From NCBI GenBank assembly GCA_965249575.1, contig OZ252244.1, forward strand, positions 2,240,001-2,304,000: a DNA stretch of 64,000 nt. Reading direction: 5' to 3'. A program made the position numbers and the translations under genes. Below are positions 38,063 through 49,152 of this stretch, piece after piece; position 1 is the first letter of the stretch, and each line of letters starts with the position of its first letter. Origin of the DNA: Gemmatimonadales bacterium (GTDB lineage Bacteria; Gemmatimonadota; Gemmatimonadetes; Gemmatimonadales; GWC2-71-9). The notes beneath the pieces were generated by a model. It made no database searches. It was not told where the DNA came from and worked only from the letters and a program-made list of their open reading frames with translations.

Positions 38063-39919
38063 TTAGCCCCGCGGCTTTCCTGCGGCGGCTACCTCTAGAG
38101 CAACGTCGACCCTCCCGAGTGGTGCGCTCACCTGTGCACCCTGGACGTTTTCCCGAACCGCGCCCAGCATTTCCTGCGCGATCCTCACGCCTTCGGCCAG
38201 CGCCGCATCACCGCCGCGCTCCTGAGCCGAACGCATCCGGCCAATCACGGAATCGGGAACGTGTACGCCGGGGACTTCGTTTGCCAAGAACTCCGCGTTG
38301 CGCAGGGAGATGAGCGGCCAGATACCGGCGACAATCGGTAACCGGTACTCCTCCACTCGTCGGAGAAAGTGCTCGAGGCGGCCTGGGTCGAACACGGGCT
38401 GGGTGACGGCGAACTCGGCCCCGGCTTCGACCTTCCACGCGAGCCTTCTGAGTTCACGATCGATATCGATGGCCGCCGGATTCACCGCGACGCCGATGAC
38501 GAACTTCGTCGGCTGGCCGATGGAGTTCCCGCCTGGATCCAGGCCGAGGTTCAAGCGGTGCACGAGGTTCGTAAGACCGATCGAATCGATGTCGAACACC
38601 GCCGTGGAGTCGGGATACGGTCCCGTCGCTGGGGGGTCACCGGTGATGATGAGGATATTCCTGAGACCGGCGGCCGCGGCACCGAGGAGATCACTGGTCA
38701 TTCCGACCATGTTCCGGTCTCGGCACGTGTAGTGGACGATGGTCTCGATCCCGACCTCATGTTCCACGATGATTGCGGAGGGGATGACGCCCATCTGGGC
38801 GTGCGCACGCTGGCCGTCGAGAATGCTCACCGCGTGGATTCCGCCGGTCTCGAGTGCTCGGCTGTGCTCGATGAGAGTGCGGGGATCGCAGCCCTTGGGT
38901 GGCACGAGCTCGACGCTCACGGCGAAGTCACCGCTCCCAATTCTCCGCCCCCAGGCAGATCGGTCACTGAGCGGCGCTGGGTCGATTCCCGGGGGCGGTG
39001 GTGACGTGAGAGCGGACGCCGAAGCCCCGCTCACTCGTTGTGGCTTGATGGGAGCCACCAGCTCGCGAATTGCCTTGATGTGGTCGGGCGTCGTTCCACA
39101 GCATCCGCCCACGAAGCGCGCTCCCGCGGCGACCAGGCGCTGTGCGTACGTGGCCATGTATTCGGGACCCGAGAGATAGATCTTCCGGTCGCCCACAGCC
39201 CGCGGTAGGCCCGCGTTGGGTTGGGCAGCGAGTGGGCAGTCCGTGACAGCTGCCATCCGTTCGATGCCCTCGAGGATGCCTGCCGGTCCCACCGAACAAT
39301 TGAGGCCCACGGCGTCGGCACCCCAGTCCGTGAGCCGGCGGGCCACCGCCTCCACGTCCGTCCCGTACGCCGTATGGCCGTCATCCCCGATCGTCATCTG
39401 CGCGATGACTGCCAAGTCGCCCAGCGCGCGAACGGCGTTGAGGGCTTCATGGATCTCGTCGAGGTCGCTGAACGTCTCGAGAACGAACCCGTCGACACCC
39501 CCCGCCAAGAGCCCCTCGGCCTGCCGCTCAAAGAAAGACTTGGCTTCGTCTCGACTCGTGGGCCCATAGGGCTCGATCCTGATTCCCAGCGGCCCGATGG
39601 CTCCAACAACGGCCACTCGCGCACCGGCCGCTTGCCTCGCGATTTCCGCCGCACGCCGATTGATCTCTCCCGTCCGCTCGACGAGTCCGTAGCCACCCAG
39701 CTTCACCGGGTTGGCGCCGAACGTGTTCGTTTCGATGATCTCGGCGCCAGCCCGAACGTACTCCTCGTGAATGTCCTGAATCAGCCGCGGCTGCTTCAGG
39801 TTGAGCTCGTCGTAGCAGACGTTTACGAACACTCCCCGGTTGTAGAGCATGGTGCCCATCGCGCCGTCGAGGACGTGTACGTGCTCATCCTGCAGGAGTG
39901 TCCGCAGGGCGTTGCTCAC
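38063..39919 (-). CDS. Bifunctional homocysteine S-methyltransferase / MTHFR (YitJ-like)
   Basis: [22 protein letters not shown] followed by VELVPPKG, HYTCRDRN, ITGDP, TQPVFD. Confidence 0.93.
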   Translation of the reverse strand: MSNALRTLLQDEHVHVLDGAMGTMLYNRGVFVNVCYDELNLKQPRLIQDIHEEYVRAGAEIIETNTFGANPVKLGGYGLVERTGEINRRAAEIARQAAGARVAVVGAIGPLGIRIEPYGPTSRDEAKSFFERQAEGLLAGGVDGFVLETFSDLDEIHEALNAVRALGDLAVIAQMTIGDDGHTAYGTDVEAVARRLTDWGADAVGLNCSVGPAGILEGIERMAAVTDCPLAAQPNAGLPRAVGDRKIYLSGPEYMATYAQRLVAAGARFVGGCCGTTPDHIKAIRELVAPIKPQRVSGASASALTSPPPPGIDPAPLSDRSAWGRRIGSGDFAVSVELVPPKGCDPRTLIEHSRALETGGIHAVSILDGQRAHAQMGVIPSAIIVEHEVGIETIVHYTCRDRNMVGMTSDLLGAAAAGLRNILIITGDPPATGPYPDSTAVFDIDSIGLTNLVHRLNLGLDPGGNSIGQPTKFVIGVAVNPAAIDIDRELRRLAWKVEAGAEFAVTQPVFDPGRLEHFLRRVEEYRLPIVAGIWPLISLRNAEFLANEVPGVHVPDSVIGRMRSAQERGGDAALAEGVRIAQEMLGAVRENVQGAQVSAPLGRVDVALEVAAAGKPRG

Positions 39920-39979
39920 GGAGTTGCCCCCAGCCGGAGGGTTGGCCCGCGTCCGGCGAGACAGTCACTCCGGTGTCGA

Positions 39980-42900
39980 CTATTCCCGTGCATCGTAGCC
40001 GAGGTTGGGTGCCAACCAGCGTTCCACTGCCCCGACGTCCATCCCCTTTCGGTGAGCGTATTCCTCGACCTGGTCCCTGCCGATCTTGCCCAACCCGAAA
40101 TAAATGGCGTCCGGATGCGAGAAGTACCACCCGCTGACGGAGGATGCTGGCCACATCGCGTAGCTCTCGGTGAGTCGGATGCCGGTATGCTTGGTAGCGT
40201 CCACGAGGTCGAACAGTACGCCCTTTTCCGTGTGGTCAGGACAGGCCGGATATCCGGGAGCGGGTCGGATACCGACGTAGCGCTCTTTGATCAAGTCGCG
40301 GTTCGATAAAGTCTCATCGGACACGTATCCCCAGTGCTCGCGCCGTACGCGCTCGTGCAGGTGCTCGGCAAAGGCCTCGGCGAGCCGGTCCGCCAGTGCC
40401 TTGGCCAGAATGCTGTTGTAATCGTCGTGATGCTTTTCGAAATCCGCGCAAAGCTCATCGAGTCCTTCACCTGCCGTGACGGCGAACCCGCCAACGTAAT
40501 CTCGAATACCCACGGCTTTCGGTGCCATGTAGTCGGTGAGACAAAGGTTGGGTCGCCCAGGCGGTTTTTCGGTCTGCTGGCGAAGGCCGTGTGTTACGGC
40601 GATGACACCTTCCCGGTCTTCATCGGAATACACCTCGATATCGTCGCACACGGCGTTGGCGGGGAAGAGGCCGATGACGCCTCTCGGGACGAGCAGCTCC
40701 TCCGCGACGATGCGATCCAGCAGTCGCCGTGCGTCGTCGAGTAGCTTGGCGGCTTCGGGTCCAACTCGCGGGTCCTCGAGGATCTCGGGATAGTGACCTC
40801 GCAGCTCCCACGTGGAGAAGAATGGGGACCAGTCGATGTAGTCGATCAGTTCCGCCACGGGGTAGGCGTCGAATCCCGTTACGCCGAGAGTGCGAGGTAC
40901 GCAAGGGCGGAAACCGTCCCACTCGATCTTCAGCTTCCGCTCCCGTGCCTGATCCAACGAGAGCATACGTCTCTGCGCCACCCGTCCGGCGTGTGATTCG
41001 CGAATTCGGGAGTATTCCTCTCGAACTGACTGCACGAACGAATCTCGTCTCTCCTCGCTCCTCAAGTTCCCGACGACCCCGACGCCGCGGGAGGCATCGA
41101 GGACGTGCACGGTTGCGCCGTGATAGCCGGGCTCGATTTTCACGGCCGTATGCACCTTTGATGTCGTCGCCCCACCGATTAGGAGCGGTACATCAAACTC
41201 CTCCCGCTCCAGTTCCTTGGCGACGTGAACCATTTCATCGAGCGAAGGGGTAATGAGCCCGCTCAGGCCGATGAGGTCCACCTGCTCGGCTCGCGCCGTC
41301 TCGAGAATCTTCGCCGCTGAAACCATGACACCGAGGTCGATGACCTCGTAGTTGTTACAGCGCAGAACGACGCCGACGATGTTCTTGCCGATGTCGTGCA
41401 CGTCACCCTTGACGGTGGCGAGCAGGATCTTGCCCTTCGTCTGAGGACCTAGACCGCGCTCGGCCTTTTCCCGCTCGATGAATGGCACGAGGTGCGCTAC
41501 CGCTTTCTTCATGACTCTCGCGCTCTTGACTACTTGAGGAAGAAACATCTTCCCACTTCCGAACAGGTCTCCAACGACGTTCATGCCGTCCATTAGCGGC
41601 CCTTCGATGACCTGGATGGGTCGATCGACTTTCTGTCGGGCCTCCTCGGTATCCTCGACGATGTAGTCTAGGATGCCCTCAATGAGGGCGTGGGCGAGTC
41701 GCTTCTCGACGTCGTCATGACGCCACTCGAGATCGACCGACCGTCCGTCCTTCTTGCCCCTGTACCGGTCCGCGAGAGCGGTGAGGCGTTCGGTGCCGTC
41801 ATCGCGGCGGTTGAGCAGCACATCTTCAACGGCATCGAGCAGCTCTTTCGGTATATCCGAGTAGACGGCCAGCTGTCCGGCGTTGACGATCCCCATGTCC
41901 AAGCCCGCGCGAATCCCGTGAAACAAGAACGCGGAATGCATCGCCTCGCGGACGGCGTTGCTCCCGCGGAAGGAGAACGAGACATTGCTCACGCCGCCGC
42001 TCACCAGGGAGTGCGGAAGCGTCTCCTTGATGGTGCGGCATGCCTCGATGAATTCGACGGCATAGCGATTGTGTTCCTCGATGCCGGTCCCCACCGCGAA
42101 CACGTTGGGATCGAAAATGATATCCTCGGGCGGAAATCCGATCTCGGTCAGCACACGGTAGACTTCCGTGCAGATCTCGACCTTTCGCTCAACCGTATCG
42201 GCCTGGCCTTGCTCGTCGAAGGCCATGACGACCACCGCGGCGCCAAAGAGCCGGACCTGTTCGGCCTTTTCGATGAAAGCCGAGACGCCCTCCTTGAGGC
42301 TGATCGAATTCACGACGCCCTTGCCCTGGACGCACTTCAAGCCGGCTTCGATCACCTCCCATTTGGACGAATCAATCATGATCGGGACTCGACTGATGTC
42401 GGGCTCCGCGGCCACGAGATTCAGAAACGTGACCATCGCTTCCTTCGAATCGAGCAACCCCTCGTCCATGTTGATGTCGATGATCTGTGCGCCGTTGGCG
42501 ACTTGCTGTCGGGCGACCTCGAGCGCCGCTTCGAAATCCCCCGATTTGATCAGGCCCGCAAATCGCGGTGACCCGGTGACATTTGTTCGCTCTCCGATGT
42601 TCACGAATCCGGTCTGCGGCGAAATCGTGAGCGCTTCGAGGCCGCTCAGCCGAGTGTACCGCTCGATTTCTGGTATCGGGCGCGGGGGGTGGCCCGCGAC
42701 GGCCGCGGCGATTGCACCGATGTGTGCGGGCGTCGTACCGCAGCAACCCCCGACGATGTTGAGGAAACCGCTCTCAGCGAACTCACCAATGATCGCAGCC
42801 ATCTCGTCCGGTGTTTGGTCATATTGCCCAAACTCATTTGGTAAGCCCGCGTTCGGATGGCAGCTCACGAGGGTATTGGCGATGCCGGACAATTCCTCGA

Positions 42901-43672
42901 CATACGGACGCAGCTGGCGGGCGCCGAGGGCGCAATTGAGACCGACGCTGAGCGGCTCCGCGTGCTGGACGGAATGCCAAAAGGCTTCCGTCGTCTGACC
43001 GGACAGCGTCCGGCCGCTGGCATCGGTAATCGTGCCCGATATCAGGATCGGGGTGCTGGCCCGTCGAGCCGCGAGCACACTCCGGACCGCGTAGAGCGCC
43101 GCTTTGCAATTGAGTGTGTCGAACACCGTCTCGACCATGAGCATGTCCACTCCGCCCTCGAGTAGCGCTTCGGTCTGCTCCGTATAGGCGGCTGACAGCT
43201 CGTCGAACGTGACGTTCCGGTATCCCGGATTGTTGACGTCCGGCGAGATCGAGCAGGTGCGGTTGGTTGGCCCGAGAACACCGCACACGAAGCGCGGCTT
43301 GTCCGGCTCTCGGTCACTGAACTCATCTGCCACTTTGCGGGCTAGGCGCACGGCCTCGTAGTTGAGCTCAGCGACGACGGACTCCATACCATAGTCGGCC
43401 ATTGAGACGGCCGTACTGTTGAACGTATTGGTCTCGGCGATGTCGGCCCCGGCGTCGAAGTAGGCGCGGTGAATGGCCGTGATCACGTCCGGCCGCGTCA
43501 GAGCCAAGAGGTCATTGTTGCCTCGCTGATCACGGGCGTGCCCCGCGAAGCGCTCGCCGCGAAAATCCTGCTCCGCCAGCTCGTAGCTCTGGATCATCGT
43601 ACCCATCGCCCCATCCAGCAGCAGGATGCGGCGTTCGAGCGCGTCGGCGAGAGTTCCCTGTCGTCGATCCAT
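39980..43672 (-). CDS. metH: B12-dependent methionine synthase
   Basis: [56 protein letters not shown]. Confidence 0.97.
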   Translation of the reverse strand: MDRRQGTLADALERRILLLDGAMGTMIQSYELAEQDFRGERFAGHARDQRGNNDLLALTRPDVITAIHRAYFDAGADIAETNTFNSTAVSMADYGMESVVAELNYEAVRLARKVADEFSDREPDKPRFVCGVLGPTNRTCSISPDVNNPGYRNVTFDELSAAYTEQTEALLEGGVDMLMVETVFDTLNCKAALYAVRSVLAARRASTPILISGTITDASGRTLSGQTTEAFWHSVQHAEPLSVGLNCALGARQLRPYVEELSGIANTLVSCHPNAGLPNEFGQYDQTPDEMAAIIGEFAESGFLNIVGGCCGTTPAHIGAIAAAVAGHPPRPIPEIERYTRLSGLEALTISPQTGFVNIGERTNVTGSPRFAGLIKSGDFEAALEVARQQVANGAQIIDINMDEGLLDSKEAMVTFLNLVAAEPDISRVPIMIDSSKWEVIEAGLKCVQGKGVVNSISLKEGVSAFIEKAEQVRLFGAAVVVMAFDEQGQADTVERKVEICTEVYRVLTEIGFPPEDIIFDPNVFAVGTGIEEHNRYAVEFIEACRTIKETLPHSLVSGGVSNVSFSFRGSNAVREAMHSAFLFHGIRAGLDMGIVNAGQLAVYSDIPKELLDAVEDVLLNRRDDGTERLTALADRYRGKKDGRSVDLEWRHDDVEKRLAHALIEGILDYIVEDTEEARQKVDRPIQVIEGPLMDGMNVVGDLFGSGKMFLPQVVKSARVMKKAVAHLVPFIEREKAERGLGPQTKGKILLATVKGDVHDIGKNIVGVVLRCNNYEVIDLGVMVSAAKILETARAEQVDLIGLSGLITPSLDEMVHVAKELEREEFDVPLLIGGATTSKVHTAVKIEPGYHGATVHVLDASRGVGVVGNLRSEERRDSFVQSVREEYSRIRESHAGRVAQRRMLSLDQARERKLKIEWDGFRPCVPRTLGVTGFDAYPVAELIDYIDWSPFFSTWELRGHYPEILEDPRVGPEAAKLLDDARRLLDRIVAEELLVPRGVIGLFPANAVCDDIEVYSDEDREGVIAVTHGLRQQTEKPPGRPNLCLTDYMAPKAVGIRDYVGGFAVTAGEGLDELCADFEKHHDDYNSILAKALADRLAEAFAEHLHERVRREHWGYVSDETLSNRDLIKERYVGIRPAPGYPACPDHTEKGVLFDLVDATKHTGIRLTESYAMWPASSVSGWYFSHPDAIYFGLGKIGRDQVEEYAHRKGMDVGAVERWLAPNLGYDARE

Positions 43673-43734
43673 TTCTCCCTAATCGGCCCGCGTCGTCGCC
43701 GCGGCGGTCAGAGGAGGCCGCCGCAGCCTGGTCT

Positions 43735-43770
43735 AAAAAAAAGACCCCGTCGCCAATTACGCGCCGAGGT
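43735..43770 (-). terminator. Intrinsic terminator-like hairpin downstream of the SAM-II aptamer
   Basis: ACCUCG-G-CGC..GCG-A-CGGGGU followed by C and U8. Confidence 0.6.
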
Positions 43771-43775
43771 GATAG

Positions 43776-43826
43776 GCGTTTTAGCGACTTGTTTAACGTG
43801 GCTGCAATAGCCGCAAATCACCACGT
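43776..43826 (-). ncRNA. SAM-II riboswitch
   Basis: CGUGGUGAUUUGCG..UUGCAGCCACGUUAAACAAGUCGCUAAAACGC: P1 CGUGG/CCACG, UGAUUU, UUGC and GCUAAA hallmarks, upstream of metH. Confidence 0.88.
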
Positions 43827-43868
43827 ACTCAGTTGTAGGGTGAATCTAATCGTTTCCGTATCCGCTGA

Positions 43869-44174
43869 CTAGAGTCGAATCTTGGCACTGGTGATTGTAA
43901 GACGAAACTTAACCTCCGACGCGCTCATCCCATCGACCTCGATGATCTTCCGTTTTGATGCGTGTCCCGCCAGTACCCGCACGTCCGACCGCCGCCGGCC
44001 GGTCCGCCGGGCGATGAGGCGAATAACGGCCTCGTTCGCCGCTCCGTCGACCGGTGGTGGGGTCACGTGGATCTTAATCGCGTCACCGTGACGGCCAATC
44101 ACCGCCGTGCTCCTCGAGCGCGGTTGCACGAGCACGGTGACGCGCCCAGCCTTCAGATCAGCCTCAGTATCCAA
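43869..44174 (-). CDS. DUF167/YggU family protein
   Basis: VQPRS, PPVDGAANEA, GHASKRK; start TTG 44174 or CTG 44156. Confidence 0.88.
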   Translation of the reverse strand: MDTEADLKAGRVTVLVQPRSRSTAVIGRHGDAIKIHVTPPPVDGAANEAVIRLIARRTGRRRSDVRVLAGHASKRKIIEVDGMSASEVKFRLTITSAKIRL

Positions 44175-44719
44175 CTGAGGACTAATTGCAACAGGAACCA
44201 CGCGGCGACCGGTGTGATGTCGATCATTCCGATGGGTGGGATGATGCGCTGCAATGGCCTCACGATCCAATCGGTGAGTACATAGGCGGGGCGGAGCCAC
44301 CGGTTGTAACGTCCCGCTCCGAGCCACGATCCCACCACTCGAGCGATCAGGGCGATGAGAACGATCTGCCCAGCATAGTACACGAGCAGCCTGAGGACGC
44401 CGCGCGGCCCCCCCGACGCTGCCCCCGCCACCCGCGATATCTGCCCCGCCAACCACTGTGCGCCGCTGATGACTATGATGCCGGCCAAGATGGTCATCCC
44501 CAGCAGCCACCATGGTGCCTGCTGCGGGTTGCCACCTCGGCGCAGCAGCCAGGTCTCCAGGGGTGAAAGGACGGGGTCGGTGAGCCGCTGGACCGCACGG
44601 GCGGTCGGCCCAAACGGGTTGATTCGCCGGGTGCGTACCGCCCAGGAGCCGAGGGCAGCGCCCGTGCTGAACACAAGAAGGGCGAGAACGGCTACTCGAA
44701 GGACCTCGAGGACGGGCAT
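44153..44719 (-). CDS. YggT family membrane protein
   Basis: RLTDPVLSP, LTDWIVRPLQRIIPPIGMIDITP. Confidence 0.9.
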   Translation of the reverse strand: MPVLEVLRVAVLALLVFSTGAALGSWAVRTRRINPFGPTARAVQRLTDPVLSPLETWLLRRGGNPQQAPWWLLGMTILAGIIVISGAQWLAGQISRVAGAASGGPRGVLRLLVYYAGQIVLIALIARVVGSWLGAGRYNRWLRPAYVLTDWIVRPLQRIIPPIGMIDITPVAAWFLLQLVLSWILRLI

Positions 44720-45292
44720 CTACGGATTGTAGACTTCGACGATGTCGGTCTGAGCGAAGCCCGCGCTGGGCCCCCCGCCAATAACCCACGCCTTGCCACC
44801 GACGGCGGCGGCCCCGAGACCGTGCCGCCCCGTCGGCATCGAGGAAAGTGACGTCCAGGCGTCGGCCGCCGGATCGTACACTTCGTGGTTGTCGAACACC
44901 TCGGTGCGCGTCTCTCCGCCATAGGTGTAGATCTTTCCACCAAGCGCGACGGCGGCGAGGCCGCCGCGGCGGCTCGGCATCGGGGCGCGGTCTGAGGTCC
45001 GTAGCCGCCGACGGGGCAGGTCACGAATCGGCGCCCAGCGGTCGCCCGCCGTGTCGTATCGGTAGGCAGCGGTGCTGGCTGCGTCATCCGCGTCGAAGCC
45101 CCCGGCGATGTAGATCCTCCCGTGCAGCACGGCGGCGTGCAGTTCCTGAAGGGGCTCCGGGATCGCGGCCGCCTCGGTCCACTGCTCGAGAGCCTCGACG
45201 TTGGCCGGCCCCGCGCAGCCAGCCGTAACGAGCCCGTGCGCGAGCGCCGCCACGACGAGCTGGCCTTTGGGTCCTGAAAGCACTCGCGTCAC
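44720..45292 (-). CDS. Short Kelch-repeat lipoprotein (only ~3 blades)
   Basis: LVTAGC; GRIYIAGG..YRYD..W, GKIYTYGG..YDP..W, GKAWVIGG. Confidence 0.8.
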   Translation of the reverse strand: MTRVLSGPKGQLVVAALAHGLVTAGCAGPANVEALEQWTEAAAIPEPLQELHAAVLHGRIYIAGGFDADDAASTAAYRYDTAGDRWAPIRDLPRRRLRTSDRAPMPSRRGGLAAVALGGKIYTYGGETRTEVFDNHEVYDPAADAWTSLSSMPTGRHGLGAAAVGGKAWVIGGGPSAGFAQTDIVEVYNP

Positions 45293-48200
45293 CGTAGCGA
45301 CTCGGTGACCAGTCGTTCCTGCTCCCGTTGATGAGCTGCGGGGTATCCCTCGGCCGGGCTCGACCGCTCGGGTCGGGAGACGAACCACACCTCCACGCCG
45401 GCCGGCGCGGCCGCCATCAATTGCGGAACGACCCACTTCCGTCCTCCGAGGTTGGCGGGTTCCTCCTGGAGCCAGACGATTTCTCGCAGGCCCGGGTAGG
45501 ACCGAATCACTTCGATGGTGTCGTCCTTGGGGAACGGATACAGGAGCTCGATGCGAGCCACGGCGACGTGCGATGCTTGAGCTCGGTGGCGCGATTTCAC
45601 CACGTCATAGAACACCTTACCGCTGCAGAAGACCAGGCGTGTCACCAGGGCCGGCCCAGCCGGGGGGGCGGGGTCGTCCAGGACCTGGTGGAACATCCCG
45701 TCGCTCAGATCCGTCAATGATGACAGCGCGTTGGGCGAGCGCAGCAGGCTCTTGGGCGTCATGATGACGAGGGGGCGAATCTCCTGGTGTCTCGCCTGCC
45801 GGCGCAGCAGGTGAAAGTACTGGGCGGGGGTAGAGCAATTCGCCACCCGAATGTTCCCCTCGGCGCCGAGCGCGAGAAACCGCTCGAGTCGGGCGTTGGA
45901 GTGTTCCGGTCCCTGTCCCTCGTATCCGTGTGGCAACAGCAACGCAAGCCGGGACGTCTGTCCCCACTTCGAGAGTCCGGCAATCACGAACTGGTCGACG
46001 ATGACTTGGGCCGTGTTGGCGAAGTCTCCAAACTGCGCTTCCCACATGACGAGTGTGTCAGGTGCTGCCACGCTATAACCGTATTCGAAGCCAAGGACGG
46101 CATATTCGGAGAGCGGACTGTTGTGCATCTCGAACGGTGCCGTCGCCCCGGGAAGGTGTTGCACCGGAGCGTATCGCTCGCCCGTCTGCCCGTCATGAAG
46201 CATCAGGTGGCGCTGGCTGAACGTTCCGCGCTCACTGTCCTGTCCGCTGAGGCGGAGTGGAATGCCTTCGTTCAAGAGCGCGGCAAATGCCAACGCCTCC
46301 GCGTGGGCCCAGTCGATCGCGGGCTCACCGTCGAGGGCCTCGAGTCGCTTGTTGAGTTGCCGCTTGAGCTTGGGAGTTATGGTGAAGCCGTCCGGCACGG
46401 TCACCAATTGATGGTTCAGTGACCGAATGGCTTCTTCGGGCACAGCCGTTTCCGGCTCGGCGATGGGAGTCCACGCCCCCGAAATCCGTACCGGCTCCTC
46501 CCCCTCCGCGGCGCTCGAAAGCTCCTGTCGGAGCTTCTGCTGTGTTGCAGCCAAGTGGTGCTGGTGATCTTCCGCTTGCTTCTCCGCATCCTGGCGCTCG
46601 ATCACGCCCTCCTGAGCGAGCCGATCGGCGTAAATCGCCCGGGCAGTGGGGTGCTCGTCGATGCGCTGGTACCTGACGGGCTGCGTGTAACGCGGCTCGT
46701 CCGCCTCGTTGTGTCCGTGGCGCCGATAGCCGACCAGGTCGATGACGCAGTCTCCACGGAAGCGCTGACGGTACATCAATGCCAGGCGGATCGCCGCGAG
46801 GCACGCTTCCGCGTCATCGGCGTTGACGTGGATGATTGGAACGTCGAACCCCTTTGCCAAATCGCTTGAGTAATCCGTTGAGCGCGCCTCCCGGGGATCG
46901 GTGGTGAAGCCCACCTGGTTGTTGGCGATGATGTGGAGCGTCCCCCCAGTCCCGTACCCTGGGAGTCGCGCGAGGTTGAACGTCTCCGCCACCACACCCT
47001 GGGCGGCAAAGGCGGCGTCTCCGTGGACTAGTATGGCGAGGGCGGAGTCCACGTTCTGGCTCACACGCGGTCCACGTCGATTCGTTTGCACAGCGCGTGT
47101 CCGCCCTTCTACGACGGGATCAACCGCCTCGAGGTGACTCGGGTTCGGCAACAGTGAGACGGTGATCCGTTTGCCGCCCGCCGTACGGAACTCGCCGCTC
47201 GCACCGTGGTGGTACTTGACGTCGCCGGTGCCCCCCTTCGGCGTCAGTGTTTCCTCTACATGGAGACCGCCTTCGAACTCCGCCAGCAGGGTCTCGTACG
47301 GCACGCCAATGAGGTGGGTGAGCACGTTCAAGCGCCCCCGATGCGGCATGCCGAGCACGACTTCGGACGTCCCGCCATCCGCAGCGAGATCAAGGGCGTG
47401 CTCGAGCATCGGAATCAAAAGATCGATACCCTCGGAGCCAAATCGCTTTGCGCCAAGGTAGGCGCGATGGAGGAAGCGTTCCAGGGAGTCGACTTCGGTC
47501 AGCATGCTCAGGAGGCGACGTTTTTCCTCGCCGGTCAGCGGAACGCGGTGCTCACCCGCTTCGATGACTCGGCGCAGCCACACGCGTTCTTCGTGGTTTG
47601 CGATGTGCTCTATCTCGTATGCGATCGTCCCGCAGTACGTCTGCTGGAGTAGGGGTAAGACCTCGGCCAGGGTATCCCCGGCCACGTAGACGCGGAGCAC
47701 GTTGGCCGTGATCTCCGCCATGACGTCCCGCGTCAACCCGAGTGGCTCGGGATCAAGGGCAGGGTCACCGGGTGGATTCGTTCCCAAGGGATCGAGCCGC
47801 GCGGCGAGATAACCGTGAGTTCGGTGGTTCTTCACCAGCGACATCGCGGCGGCGATGTGCTCAGGCGCGGATAATCCACCCTCCGCGACCTGGGGAGTCG
47901 GTTGGGGTGCGACCGCGGGCGGTGGTGGCGCGCCAGCTTCCGAAACGTCGAGGGCTCGGGCAATGTGGCCGTACCAGTCGTCGTCACCCTGCAGCACACC
48001 GTCCAGGACGCGGAGGAACGTGCCCGAATCAGCCCCTTGAATGATGCGGTGATCGTATGTGCTCGAAACGGTCATGATGCGGACGCCCGCCACGTTGCGA
48101 ATCGCGCCCGTAGCGATGATCGATCCCTGTCCACGCATGAGCCGCGGCACCGATGCCACGGTGCCGAGGGTGCCGGGGTTGGTGAGCGTCACGGTTGCGC

Positions 48201-48855
48201 CCTGATAGGCATCCGGCAAGAGCTTCCCGCCCCGGGCGCCCGCGACGAGGCGTTCGTACTCCGCGTGAAAATCGGCGAAGGTCATGCCGCCGGCATTCTT
48301 GATGACCGGAACCAGCAGGCCCCGCGACCCGTCCTTGCGCTCCACGTCCACCGCCAGCCCGAGGTCGATAGAGTCTGGGACCAGCATCTCGGGACCGTCA
48401 TCGGTGTCGATTACCGCGTGGTGCATCGACGGGATTTCTTGAATCGCGTGGACGATCGCCCAGCCGACGAGGTGCGTGAAGGACAATTTGAGGTTACGCG
48501 ACGCGAGCGTCGCGTTCAGTCCGGCCCGTTCAGCCCAAAGGTGGGTGACGTCGATGTCCCGGAACGACGTCGCGGTGGGAACGGCGAGGCTCGACTCCAT
48601 GTTCCGGAGCAGGCGTAGCGCGGCTCCTTTGATCGGCTGGGCTGCCGGAGCGCCGGCCCCTGCGCTTTCGTCCGGAGCCGTGGCTGGGGGACCAGCGCGA
48701 GGTGGCGGAGGAGCGTGAGCTGGGCTTTCCCCCTTCAGTCCGTTCTCGAACAACGTTCGCCACTCCTCCGGCACCGACGCTGGATCCCGGAGGAAATCCT
48801 CGTACAGAGCCTGGGCAAACCCGGAGTTGACGGTCTCGAAAACGTTATCGAACAC
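45289..48855 (-). CDS. sucA: 2-oxoglutarate dehydrogenase E1 with N-terminal acyltransferase-like domain (Kgd type)
   Basis: TYDHRIIQGA, GMPHRGRLN, GDVKYH, NPSHLE, HGDAAF, WEAQFGDF, GQGPEHS. Confidence 0.95.
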   Translation of the reverse strand: MFDNVFETVNSGFAQALYEDFLRDPASVPEEWRTLFENGLKGESPAHAPPPPRAGPPATAPDESAGAGAPAAQPIKGAALRLLRNMESSLAVPTATSFRDIDVTHLWAERAGLNATLASRNLKLSFTHLVGWAIVHAIQEIPSMHHAVIDTDDGPEMLVPDSIDLGLAVDVERKDGSRGLLVPVIKNAGGMTFADFHAEYERLVAGARGGKLLPDAYQGATVTLTNPGTLGTVASVPRLMRGQGSIIATGAIRNVAGVRIMTVSSTYDHRIIQGADSGTFLRVLDGVLQGDDDWYGHIARALDVSEAGAPPPPAVAPQPTPQVAEGGLSAPEHIAAAMSLVKNHRTHGYLAARLDPLGTNPPGDPALDPEPLGLTRDVMAEITANVLRVYVAGDTLAEVLPLLQQTYCGTIAYEIEHIANHEERVWLRRVIEAGEHRVPLTGEEKRRLLSMLTEVDSLERFLHRAYLGAKRFGSEGIDLLIPMLEHALDLAADGGTSEVVLGMPHRGRLNVLTHLIGVPYETLLAEFEGGLHVEETLTPKGGTGDVKYHHGASGEFRTAGGKRITVSLLPNPSHLEAVDPVVEGRTRAVQTNRRGPRVSQNVDSALAILVHGDAAFAAQGVVAETFNLARLPGYGTGGTLHIIANNQVGFTTDPREARSTDYSSDLAKGFDVPIIHVNADDAEACLAAIRLALMYRQRFRGDCVIDLVGYRRHGHNEADEPRYTQPVRYQRIDEHPTARAIYADRLAQEGVIERQDAEKQAEDHQHHLAATQQKLRQELSSAAEGEEPVRISGAWTPIAEPETAVPEEAIRSLNHQLVTVPDGFTITPKLKRQLNKRLEALDGEPAIDWAHAEALAFAALLNEGIPLRLSGQDSERGTFSQRHLMLHDGQTGERYAPVQHLPGATAPFEMHNSPLSEYAVLGFEYGYSVAAPDTLVMWEAQFGDFANTAQVIVDQFVIAGLSKWGQTSRLALLLPHGYEGQGPEHSNARLERFLALGAEGNIRVANCSTPAQYFHLLRRQARHQEIRPLVIMTPKSLLRSPNALSSLTDLSDGMFHQVLDDPAPPAGPALVTRLVFCSGKVFYDVVKSRHRAQASHVAVARIELLYPFPKDDTIEVIRSYPGLREIVWLQEEPANLGGRKWVVPQLMAAAPAGVEVWFVSRPERSSPAEGYPAAHQREQERLVTESLR

Positions 48856-49152
48856 AGTTGAATCGCCGTACCCGTTGGTGTAAAAGCCGTCCGCATGGGA
48901 AGATATGTGCGTCTTCGTATCAAGTCGAGTTCGATGTCGGCCGCCGATCTTGGAGCACGCGCCGAGGTACTCAGCTTGACCGCGTCACCCATCGGCCATG
49001 TGTCCATGTTCGGATCGGTGGACGATTTTCTAGAGCGTTGGGGTCAGGAATCCGTCTGGGGCTGGCGGATCCTCCGTGCCGGGGCCGACCCGTCACTCGC
49101 GCAAGGAGTGGCCCCGGCCATCGGTCGCTCGAGGATAGGGGTGGGAACGGGG

